Made by a program: the position numbers and the translations under genes. From contig JBCDCO010000001.1 in NCBI GenBank assembly GCA_039181635.1, forward strand, positions 1 to 57,887: a stretch of DNA of 57,887 nt, in the 5' to 3' direction. Shown piece by piece: positions 19,009 to 27,671 of the stretch (position 1 is the stretch's first letter; each line of letters begins with the position of its first letter). This DNA comes from Cyanobacteria bacterium P01_G01_bin.19. GTDB taxonomy: Bacteria > Cyanobacteriota > Cyanobacteriia > Cyanobacteriales > Xenococcaceae. Below the pieces are notes generated by a model. It was not told the DNA's origin. It did not search any database and saw only the letters and a program-made list of their open reading frames with translations.

Positions 19009-20553
19009 GTGCAAAACTGGTTATTGCAAGACTTGAGCGATGTACTCAATCAAGAAGTGCTTGAAGACTGTGGTTCCGATCGCATGACAGCTCATACTCA
19101 AAATGAGACTGAAAATAGATCGGTGTCAAAACATCACAGCGATCAAATACGCTTAGCCCAAGCAAAAGCCGAAAGAGAATGGCACAGCGCGATCGCTTCA
19201 GTAGAAAACTTGCTCCTGTCCCAAATCTATCCTAACTGTGCGACTAATACTGCAGGTAAACAGGGATTAATCTTTTCTGCCCCCGTTCCCTTACTGAGCA
19301 ATACCGATTTAGTATCTTGCTTTCAATCAGCAGTTTTTACTACAGATGTTTTTAATGCCAATGCTTTGATGCCTTGTGGTAGCTCAGTTTCTACCGAACA
19401 AGAACTGGAATCTGATAATGGTGCGTCAGTAGTCAAGCTTCCTCTAATCCCTAAAGATCCGATTGCCCTCGAACCATTTTGTCTGATTTTGACGGCAAAT
19501 TTTGGTTTGATTATGCTTTTAGGTAAAGATAGCGAAGGCATTGCTAAATTTCATTTTTCCTTTTGCCCATTAACAATTGGTAGGGTTTGGGCAACATTGC
19601 GATCGCGTTTAGTCATCGCTAACTATCGTCATCTATCCGATTTGGACTGTCTCGTTGAAAATTTTGCCTCCCCCGAACCCAGTTACCGTTTGGTTACTAG
19701 CTTTACTCGCCAGCTAATAGAGAATTTACCAGCTAATAGCACTTCCGAAGCTGTCAAAGTTTCCCAAGATAGAACCCATTCTATCGCTGCCGAACCCAAA
19801 CAATTCACTCCTAACGCGGGAGTTAAAGCAGCTACCAGTCAGGTGGAAATGGAATTGTTACAGGCTCTAACCCACGAAGTACGAACTCCTTTAACTACTA
19901 TTCGCACTCTGACCAAATTATTGCTCAAGCGCAAGCAAGATTTCAAACCAAACGTAGTCAAGCGTTTGCAAACAATTGATCGCGAATGTACCGAGCAAAT
20001 AGAAAGAATGGAATTAATTTTCCGTGCTGCCGAACTTGAATCTACCAATCAAACCAAGCAAGTCGAGCTAGTTCCTTTTTCTTTGGAACAGGTATTTCAG
20101 CAGAGTATTCCTCGCTGGCAAGAAAAGGCTCAACGACGCAATGTAAAGTTAGAATTTACTTTACCCGAGCAGCTACCTAAAATAGTTAGCGATCCAGTAA
20201 TGCTGGATACAGTATTGACTGGCTTGATGGAAAGCTGTACTCGCAGTCTGCCTACTGGGGGACATATCGATGTCAAAATTTCTACCGCAGGCGATCGCTT
20301 AAAATTACGGGTACTTTCCCAAGCAAGCAATACCGATAATCCGTTTAAATCCTTGGGACAACTGCTGTCTTTTCAACCAGCAACAGGTTGTCTGAGCTTA
20401 AATTTGGATGTAACCAAAAATATCTTTCAGGCTTTGGGAGGTAAGCTAACCGTAAGGCAGAGACAGGCGCAAGGAAAAGAACTAACAATCTTTTTGCCCC
20501 TCGGTCAAGCTCAAAAAAATTCCCACCCCTACTCAAAAGTAGCTCATTCCTAA
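19009..20553 (+). CDS. Soluble histidine kinase-like protein with atypical ATPase domain (Hik34-like)
   Basis: H-box ALTHEVRTPLTTI; no TM; N/G1/G2 boxes degenerate; GTG start with AGGAGG upstream. Confidence 0.75.
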   Translation: MQNWLLQDLSDVLNQEVLEDCGSDRMTAHTQNETENRSVSKHHSDQIRLAQAKAEREWHSAIASVENLLLSQIYPNCATNTAGKQGLIFSAPVPLLSNTDLVSCFQSAVFTTDVFNANALMPCGSSVSTEQELESDNGASVVKLPLIPKDPIALEPFCLILTANFGLIMLLGKDSEGIAKFHFSFCPLTIGRVWATLRSRLVIANYRHLSDLDCLVENFASPEPSYRLVTSFTRQLIENLPANSTSEAVKVSQDRTHSIAAEPKQFTPNAGVKAATSQVEMELLQALTHEVRTPLTTIRTLTKLLLKRKQDFKPNVVKRLQTIDRECTEQIERMELIFRAAELESTNQTKQVELVPFSLEQVFQQSIPRWQEKAQRRNVKLEFTLPEQLPKIVSDPVMLDTVLTGLMESCTRSLPTGGHIDVKISTAGDRLKLRVLSQASNTDNPFKSLGQLLSFQPATGCLSLNLDVTKNIFQALGGKLTVRQRQAQGKELTIFLPLGQAQKNSHPYSKVAHS

Positions 20554-20609
20554 CCTAAGATTGTTATTAGTAACAACAGCAGTTTTTACTGCAGGTAAAA
20601 AAATTCCTT

Positions 20610-21704
20610 ATGCCCAAACTGAGTTTAGGAGCGCGCTTATTTGTCTCTCATTTGATGGTGATGTTCATTGGGCTAGGGAGCTTTGTGCTTATTGCCAAAG
20701 TTTCCTCCCCTAGAATGTTTGTTTTGCGATTAGAACAGCTTGAAAAAAGAGGGATTTTTACCGTCCGTTCGGCTCGAACTTACTTAGTAGAAGGTTTTCA
20801 AAATGCCTGGAACAGAAGCGCAATACTATCGGTAGTTGTTGGGGCGAGTGCTGCAGGGGGAGTCAGCTATATCTTCTCCAAACGCATTACCAAACCTGTC
20901 AAGCAGATGAAGCAAATCACCCAAAAGTTTGCTGCGGGAGATTTAGCCGAACGAGTCCCCGAAAGCGCAATTCCCGAACTCAATCAGTTAAGCGTTAGCT
21001 TTAATTCCATGGCAAGCAGTTTGGGAGATGTGGAGCAAAGAAGACGAGAACTAGTCAGCGATTTAACTCACGAACTACGTACCCCTTTAACTGTTGTGCG
21101 GGGATATTTAGAAGAATTAGCCGACGGCAGAATAGACGGCACCCCAGAACTGTATCTGCGTTTGATTAGAGAAACTAGACGTTTGGAAAGACTGATTCAC
21201 GATCTGCAAGAACTTTCTAAAGCCGAAGCGGGCTATTTGTCAGTCAATTCTCAATCTATCAGTCTCTATCCTTTACTTAGTTCTCTGGTCGCTCGCTTTG
21301 CCGATCAGCTATTAGAAGAAGGTCCTCAACTTGTCCTGGACTGTCCTGAAGATCTGCCCTGCGTCCAAGGCGATCGCGATCGCACCGAACAAATTTTGGT
21401 CAATCTGTTGGGTAATGCCATTCGCTACACCGAAGCAGGAACGATTACTGTCAAAGCCAACAAGCTCGATCGCTATGTTTGGATCTCCGTCATCGACACG
21501 GGAGTAGGTATTGCTAAAGAAGATCTGCCCTATGTCTTTGAACGCTTCTGGCGTGCCGATCCTTCTAGATCTAGCCATTCAGGAGGAACTGGTATCGGTC
21601 TGGCGATCGCTCGCCGTCTGGTAGAGTTACAGGGCGGACAAATTGAGGTAGATAGCAAACTGGGCAAAGGCAGCAATTTTCGCTTCTGTTTACCGCTTGT
21701 TTGA
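20610..21704 (+). CDS. Membrane HAMP sensor histidine kinase (BaeS-like)
   Basis: Two TMs, HAMP, HELRTPLT, NLLGNAIRY, DTGVGI, FERFWR, GGTGIGL. Confidence 0.93.
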   Translation: MPKLSLGARLFVSHLMVMFIGLGSFVLIAKVSSPRMFVLRLEQLEKRGIFTVRSARTYLVEGFQNAWNRSAILSVVVGASAAGGVSYIFSKRITKPVKQMKQITQKFAAGDLAERVPESAIPELNQLSVSFNSMASSLGDVEQRRRELVSDLTHELRTPLTVVRGYLEELADGRIDGTPELYLRLIRETRRLERLIHDLQELSKAEAGYLSVNSQSISLYPLLSSLVARFADQLLEEGPQLVLDCPEDLPCVQGDRDRTEQILVNLLGNAIRYTEAGTITVKANKLDRYVWISVIDTGVGIAKEDLPYVFERFWRADPSRSSHSGGTGIGLAIARRLVELQGGQIEVDSKLGKGSNFRFCLPLV

Positions 21705-21809
21705 GAAGTATCGCATTAAATGCTCTAAGCCTATAGATGCCAACTCGCAGTTTCCCAAAAAGGTTTGAAATACCTCTGGCTGAATGTGTACATTTACCTG
21801 TATGGTCTG

Positions 21810-21953
21810 CTTATCAGCGTATTGGATGAAGTCATGGGTAGAACACCTGTATTTACTAACACCAGAGTTCCCATACAGACTTTTATAGACTACTTAAAAG
21901 CTGGAGAATCTATGGATGAATTTTTAGCAGGATTTCCTAGCGTCACCATCTAA
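21810..21953 (+). pseudogene. Truncated DUF433-family gene
   Basis: ISV..EVMG.TPVFTNTRVPIQTFIDYLKAGESMDEFL.GFPSVT then stop; final helix missing; overlaps the stop of the convergent ABC gene. Confidence 0.7.
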
Positions 21954-23740
21954 AAATATGCTGCTGGCAGATCGTCAAAAGTCCCTGTCATCTCAACCCT
22001 GCCTTGATTAAGTAGTATAATGCGATCGCTTTTTTCTAAGACTGTAGGACGGTGAGAAACGACCAGATAAGTGGGAGTCCAGTTGGGATTAGTAGAATGA
22101 ATTGAAAACAGGCGCGACCAGAGTTTTTGTTCTGTTTCCACATCTAAAGCACTAGAAAGGTCGTCGAATACTAGTAAATCGGATTGGCGAATCAGCATCC
22201 GTGCCGTAGCAGCCCGTTGTAGCTGTCCTCCTGAAAGTCGCGTTCCTTTTACGCCGATGGGGGTATTGAGTCCGTTGGGCATGGCAGCCAAATCGCGATC
22301 GAAGATAGCAGTGGCGATCGCAGTTTCTAATTCTTTATGGCTTTTATCTAGTCCTAATAAAATATTTTCTCTCAGGGTATTACTAAATAGCTGTGGTACT
22401 TGAGGGGTATAGGCACTCCTGGGCGGGACAAAAAAGCGATCTGGATGTTTGACTTCTCGTCCATTCCAGTAGATTTCTCCTGACTGCCTGGGCAACAATC
22501 CCATTAGCACTCGTAGCAAGGTTGTCTTACCCGAACCTACCTGTCCTGTAATAACGGTAAAACTACCCCGTTTGAGTTGCAGAGAAACATCAGTAATGCC
22601 TCGCTCTGTACCTGGATAGTGATAGGTCAAGTTAAGGGCGTTAAGCTCTTGTAAACGATCTGCTTTATTGGCAGGAAAAGTTTTAACTGGCGGTGGTTCT
22701 GGAGTTTTTCCTGTAATGGGTTTTAGGTAAAGGAGATGGTGAGTCGTAATGTCTAATGTCTCGCTGTCGAGTAAGTCTGTCATCCGTTCTACAGAGACTT
22801 CGCTTTGTTTGGTTAGGGTTAAAAATCCTCCCACAAAGGTAAAGAAATTAGTAATATAGGACAGATAATAGATAAATAGAGCTAAGTCACCAACTGAGAG
22901 GTTTCGATTGGGAGTTCCCATCAACCAGGCTGCAAATAATAAAATTACTCCCGTACCGATACTGACTAAGTTCTCAAAGCTGGATTCCAAAATTGCCGTC
23001 AGTAAGCGATCGCGTACCGTCAACTCTTTACGGCGATCGCAGGTTTGTCGTAAACGAGCTAAAACACTCTTTTCGGCATTAGCCACTTTAATTGCTTGAA
23101 CGGCAGAAAATATCTCCCCTACCATGCTCGTTACCTGTTGAGTTGCCTGGCGACTGGCGCGACGATAACGTTTGAGGCGATCGCCAACTTGCTTGAGAGC
23201 GATCGCAATTAATGCCAGGGGTAAAAATATCAGCAGGGTAATTTGGGCATTGACGCTGAATAGTAAAGCCAACGAGGCGATCGCAAATATAGCTACTCCC
23301 AGTAGTTCATTGGTGAAGACCACATTATTTTCTAGCTGCTGGGCATCATCCCGAAAAAAGCTAATGACTGCCCCTGGCGAAACACTTTGATTACTCTGCT
23401 TATCTGTTAATGGTTCTGCCCCTGGACGCTCCATCAATCCCCGTAACAGGTTATGTCGTACCAAAGAACTCATGGTAAAGCGGTGCTGAGTTTTGGTAAT
23501 GCGTCCGATAAAGATCGCGGTAATTCGAGCTAATCCAATGGCTAAAAACACCGCAATCCAGCCCCAAACTGAAACTAACCCCGCCGATTCTTCTGTCAGA
23601 GTATTAAAGAATTCGCGAATGATAATGCCTGGAATAGCAGGTAGTCCAGTAACGAACAGCCACAAAATTGTATCTGCCCAATAGAGCTTTTGGGCGTAGC
23701 GAATTAGATGCCAGAGGGTATGCCAGATAGAAGAATTCAC
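21950..23740 (-). CDS. ABC exporter, fused permease/ATPase half-transporter
   Basis: TM domain, GQVGSGKTT, LSGGQ, VFDDLSSALD, VVSHR; probable GTG start 23740 (extra track N-terminus is a DNA repeat). Confidence 0.88.
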   Translation of the reverse strand: MNSSIWHTLWHLIRYAQKLYWADTILWLFVTGLPAIPGIIIREFFNTLTEESAGLVSVWGWIAVFLAIGLARITAIFIGRITKTQHRFTMSSLVRHNLLRGLMERPGAEPLTDKQSNQSVSPGAVISFFRDDAQQLENNVVFTNELLGVAIFAIASLALLFSVNAQITLLIFLPLALIAIALKQVGDRLKRYRRASRQATQQVTSMVGEIFSAVQAIKVANAEKSVLARLRQTCDRRKELTVRDRLLTAILESSFENLVSIGTGVILLFAAWLMGTPNRNLSVGDLALFIYYLSYITNFFTFVGGFLTLTKQSEVSVERMTDLLDSETLDITTHHLLYLKPITGKTPEPPPVKTFPANKADRLQELNALNLTYHYPGTERGITDVSLQLKRGSFTVITGQVGSGKTTLLRVLMGLLPRQSGEIYWNGREVKHPDRFFVPPRSAYTPQVPQLFSNTLRENILLGLDKSHKELETAIATAIFDRDLAAMPNGLNTPIGVKGTRLSGGQLQRAATARMLIRQSDLLVFDDLSSALDVETEQKLWSRLFSIHSTNPNWTPTYLVVSHRPTVLEKSDRIILLNQGRVEMTGTFDDLPAAYF

Positions 23741-23808
23741 AGTGAGGACAGTTAGAACAGTGAGGGCAGTGAGGACAGTGAGGACAGTAGATACTGCTCT
23801 CACTGCTA
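23740..23808. repeat. 9-bp tandem repeat CAGTGAGGA x6 plus inverted partial copies
   Basis: cagtgagga cagttagaa cagtgaggg cagtgagga cagtgagga cagtagata then ctgctctcactgcta. Confidence 0.9.
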
Positions 23809-23809
23809 C

Positions 23810-24061
23810 TTATGAATCTTCTCCAATAATATCGTTCAAGCTATACTTCTTCTGTTCTGGAAAGCGATCGCTTTCCAGAACAGACCGATCAATAGCAGTT
23901 TTTCGTGCTTTGCCGTAAATATAATCGAGTTCTGCTTCTAAATACCATTGTTTCATTGCACCTCGATTGGTACAGTTGAGAATTTGCTGTAAAATTGGCG
24001 CAATCCCTGGTGCGATCACATCTTGCAGATAAAATGGTGCGACCATATACCCCACGCTCAA
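23810..24061 (-). pseudogene. Chimeric remnant: AraC (PchR-like) fragment joined to a DUF29 C-terminal fragment
   Basis: IAP.I..ILQQILNC..RG.MKQWYLE followed by Y.KARK.A......FPE...YSL.DI. Confidence 0.5.
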
Positions 24062-24084
24062 ACTAGATGCGGTTTAAAACGCTT

Positions 24085-24681
24085 TTAGTTAGTAGAATGC
24101 CAATAATTGATATGAGATTGCAATTGCGGAAAAAATAGTCGAAAATCTTGCTCTAATTCTTCATAATTATCCGTCAGACAAGCGATCGCAGGAGTAAGGT
24201 CGCATTGTTTATTGGAACGTCTGTTTAGTTTCCCAGAAATTCTTGCCAAAGTTTTCTCTATTCCAGGCAAACCTGCATAAGATCCCAACCAGTCTTCTTC
24301 GATCAGACGACGAATAACCCCTTGAGGATAGGGGGCTAAATGTTCCAAATGACCGTTCCAAGAGTTATAAACATCAGTTACAAATTGTTCTAAAGTTAAC
24401 TCGCAATAATCTTGCCAGTTATTTGCCAATATACCGTCGTAAAATACATCAATCAAGATACCTGCAAACCGACGATAATCGGGGTTGATTCTTTGCTTGC
24501 TGCGTTTGACTATTGGATGTTTGTCAGTAAAAATATCTATTGCCTGATGGCACTGCAGTCCTCTGGTTAAATTAGAATTTAAAGCTTTTCTCGCTTCTCC
24601 TTTAATCAAATCTCCTAAAAGGTTTCCCAGTCTGGCTTCAGGAGTAGATTCGGCTAATAAAAGATGAGCTAGCCAATTCAT
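24085..24681 (-). CDS. acpH: ACP phosphodiesterase
   Basis: MNWLAHLLL, GNLLGDLIKG, H.AID.FTD.HP, RRFAGILIDVFYD. Confidence 0.85.
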   Translation of the reverse strand: MNWLAHLLLAESTPEARLGNLLGDLIKGEARKALNSNLTRGLQCHQAIDIFTDKHPIVKRSKQRINPDYRRFAGILIDVFYDGILANNWQDYCELTLEQFVTDVYNSWNGHLEHLAPYPQGVIRRLIEEDWLGSYAGLPGIEKTLARISGKLNRRSNKQCDLTPAIACLTDNYEELEQDFRLFFPQLQSHINYWHSTN

Positions 24682-24713
24682 ATTTGCTCGCTAAATTGGG
24701 TGTAGATAAACGC

Positions 24714-24758
24714 AAAAAAAATAGGAAACAGCAGACGACTACCTTGCTGCTTCCCTAT
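24714..24758 (-). terminator. Intrinsic terminator of psbV
   Basis: Imperfect ataggaaacagca/tgctgcttccctat stem with a T8 run on the minus strand. Confidence 0.6.
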
Positions 24759-24816
24759 CTTCAGTATTTTTTAAAATGTGGAGCCTAACAGCTCGAAGAT
24801 AAAATTCGCCAAAATG

Positions 24817-25308
24817 TTAGTTGTAAACTTTTCCTCCACCCCAAAGGATGCCACGAATTTCGGGCTGAATTAGAATGTGACCCGCAACGGCTTCTAAATC
24901 TTCATCGGTTAGATTGCGCATCATAGGGTAAAGATCCGAACGAGTGGTGTTAGGATGAAATTCATAGATGTTCATTTCCCCATCATAAGTGGTGGGATTC
25001 TTGAGGTAATCTACAATTCCTTCTACGTTATCTCTGGCGGGATAAGCATTAGCTAAGGCAGTTAAACCTAAGTTAACGTTGGGATTGGTCTTAGTTGCTC
25101 CACCTTTGTGGCAATAACTACAGCTATCAACAAAAACTTTTTGCCCTTGTTTGACCTGTTTGAGGCTCAAAACCACCTCTTCACCTTGATTATTCGCCTT
25201 TATAGTACGAATACTTTCATCTAGTTCTACTGCGTTTACGCTACCAATATTAAATTGAATGGCAAAAAATAGGGCAGCTACAGCAGCAAATAATAATCGC
25301 TTCAACAT
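24817..25308 (-). CDS. psbV: Cytochrome c550 of photosystem II
   Basis: Signal peptide, CSYCH, GG.TKTNPNV, YLKNPTTYDG, WGGGKVY. Confidence 0.95.
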   Translation of the reverse strand: MLKRLLFAAVAALFFAIQFNIGSVNAVELDESIRTIKANNQGEEVVLSLKQVKQGQKVFVDSCSYCHKGGATKTNPNVNLGLTALANAYPARDNVEGIVDYLKNPTTYDGEMNIYEFHPNTTRSDLYPMMRNLTDEDLEAVAGHILIQPEIRGILWGGGKVYN

Positions 25309-25479
25309 TGTTCTCCTTTAAAGTTTTAATTTGATGGTGGTGCTATTAGATAACGCACCAATATACATAATCTTCAGTTATTTATCTTGACAGAATACCT
25401 TCTAGTTTTAAAAAACAGTAACCAATCTTATCGCTGTGGGTAAATAACACAGCTAGAAAAGAGCCAGAATGATTTATCA

Positions 25480-25668
25480 TCAGTCGGTTTCAGAATTGGT
25501 TCTGGCGGCTAGGATTTCCAGAATAATTGCCTTCGCATCTTCTAACGCTAGACAGGTGCGTTCGTTTTTATAGTTTATTTTAAAGCGATCGCAAAGCTCG
25601 AATATAGTCTGTTCTTCGATTTGGTATTCTGCTGCAAGATCGGCAATTGATAGTTCTGCAAAGCCCAT
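25480..25668 (-). CDS. Small conserved cyanobacterial protein (IF-2 N-terminal-like)
   Basis: MGFAELSIADLAAEY...LALEDAKAII; upstream of psbV. Confidence 0.7.
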   Translation of the reverse strand: MGFAELSIADLAAEYQIEEQTIFELCDRFKINYKNERTCLALEDAKAIILEILAARTNSETD

Positions 25669-25875
25669 AAGCACGGTCTATATAAATCTCCCCAATACAA
25701 GATTGAGTGAATTAACAAATTTGTCAGGATTAAGTAATTATGTATTATATTAGGATTTTGTCAAAATAGTAGCCGAGTACAATTACTCAGCAACACTATC
25801 GTTCCTAAGTTATGTTACTTATCATCCCATTTATTAGACCTAATTTCAGCACAAATTTTCGGTTGATTTTTGCTC

Positions 25876-26640
25876 TTAGGATGGCGATGGGAGCAGCAGT
25901 AAAGAGCGCAAATCCACAACTTTCCCAATAACGGCGATCGCGGGAGCTTGAAACTCTGAGATTTTAACCTGCTCTACAATTGTCTCTAAAGTTCCTATTA
26001 GCTCGGTTTGGTCGGGTCTCGTACCCCAGCGAATCATGGCAATCGGCGTTTCTAAAGTCATACCTCCTGCCAGTAGCTGAGGAATAATTTGCGGTAGGTT
26101 GTGTACCCCCATGTAGATAACTATAGTTTCTGAACCTTTGGCGATCGCTTGCCAATTTACTTCAGGGCGATATTTTTCTGTTGATTCGTGTCCAGTCACG
26201 AATGTCACCGAAGAATTATACCTGCGATGAGTTACGGGAATACCAGCATATGCTGGGGCGGCAATCCCAGAAGTAATGCCTGGAACGACTTCTACTTTTA
26301 CTCCTGCTCGAATCAAGTCTGCCATCTCTTCTCCACCTCTGCCAAATACGAAGGGGTCTCCCCCCTTTAGGCGCACGATAATGGCATTAGTTTCAGCTTT
26401 TAAACGTAGCAGTTCTGTAGTCTCGGTTTGAGGCAACGAATGGCGACCTTTTCTTTTCCCTGCATTGATCTTCTCTGCATGAGGACTAATAATATCGAGA
26501 ATCTCGGGACTAACCAACGCGTCATAAACCACTACATCAGCGTGTTCTAACAAGGTTTTACCCTTGACTGTTAGTAAGCCTGGATCTCCTGGTCCCGCAC
26601 CTACTAGGTATACTTTGCCGACGTACTTTATTTCACTCAT
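25876..26640 (-). CDS. cobA: Uroporphyrinogen-III C-methyltransferase
   Basis: VYLVGAGPGDPGLLT, VVVYDALV, RLKGGDPFVFGRGGEE, VPGITS. Confidence 0.95.
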   Translation of the reverse strand: MSEIKYVGKVYLVGAGPGDPGLLTVKGKTLLEHADVVVYDALVSPEILDIISPHAEKINAGKRKGRHSLPQTETTELLRLKAETNAIIVRLKGGDPFVFGRGGEEMADLIRAGVKVEVVPGITSGIAAPAYAGIPVTHRRYNSSVTFVTGHESTEKYRPEVNWQAIAKGSETIVIYMGVHNLPQIIPQLLAGGMTLETPIAMIRWGTRPDQTELIGTLETIVEQVKISEFQAPAIAVIGKVVDLRSLLLLPSPS

Positions 26641-26655
26641 GTCTTGATTTAACGT

Positions 26656-27453
26656 CTAAATTTTCTGCGCGATTAGCTCGGCGATCGCCTTGGTTGTCCC
26701 CAATGGCTGTCCCAATACCAGCTCTACTTCGGGATATTTAGCTTGTAGAGATGCTACTTCTAAAGCGATCGTCTCGGTTATTCTACCTGGAAATAAAAAG
26801 TAGGGTAAAATTGCGATTTTCTTGCTTCCTCGGGCTACTTGGATTGCCACTTGTTCCTGAAGACTGGGGTTTTTCGACCAGTATGCCACTGATGCTTCTA
26901 CCTTATTTGCTAACCGCGTACAATACTCTCTTACTGCAGGCAAGCGGCTGCCATGAGCCATTAGAATGCGGCTTTGTCCAGAGAGGGTCGAAAATTTATC
27001 AATTATTAGCTGCTCCATTGCCGAATATTTACCTATAAATGGAGATAATTCAATTGTGATTTGATCGCCAATTTGTTCCACCGCCAACGAAATTTCTGAG
27101 GGAATATCTTCTATGACATGAACGCCAGGAGCTAAGAATAGGGGGAGAACTTTTACTCTGCCATATCCTTGGGCATAAGCCTTACTAGCAAAATCAACCA
27201 AACTTTGATTTAAAGGTAAAGGAGCTAGTTCCAAGGCGGCAGTCTCGAGTAAGGGAACTCTGGGAGCATCTAAGATCTTGACCTTGCTGGAACTAAAATC
27301 TAATCCCCTTTCTTTACCAAAAGGCACGACTAAATTACCCAGTTTTGATGCGATTTTTGCCGCTAGGATTTCCTGTAATCGAGCGGCAGCAAACAAAGTT
27401 TTACGGTTGCGACTACCGTGAATAACCAAAAAGTAAGCAGAATGTATAGTCAA
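26656..27453 (-). CDS. Sirohydrochlorin chelatase (CbiX/SirB family)
   Basis: Two HGSR motifs, LPLFLAPGVHV.EDIP, LPYFLFPG; next to cobA. Confidence 0.85.
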   Translation of the reverse strand: MTIHSAYFLVIHGSRNRKTLFAAARLQEILAAKIASKLGNLVVPFGKERGLDFSSSKVKILDAPRVPLLETAALELAPLPLNQSLVDFASKAYAQGYGRVKVLPLFLAPGVHVIEDIPSEISLAVEQIGDQITIELSPFIGKYSAMEQLIIDKFSTLSGQSRILMAHGSRLPAVREYCTRLANKVEASVAYWSKNPSLQEQVAIQVARGSKKIAILPYFLFPGRITETIALEVASLQAKYPEVELVLGQPLGTTKAIAELIAQKI

Positions 27454-27671
27454 AGAAATTCCTGATCTCGATACTTCAGTTTTAATAAATAGGCGAACTC
27501 TAAAGTTCCCACAGTTATTTACCTCAAAAATTATAGCAATTGAGACAGTTTATTCTGTAGTCAATGATATATCTTAAGTAAAGTATTAGTATAAATGCTG
27601 GCGTGCTGTCAAAATAAGTAAAAAAATTCATACATCCCACCCATAAAAAACCATAATTTTCTAACAGCAAT

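Noticed and set aside
23741-23803. VLT-repeat N-terminus of the ABC ORF as a signal peptide
   Set aside because: Explained by the 9-bp DNA repeat; the downstream GTG is a more plausible start
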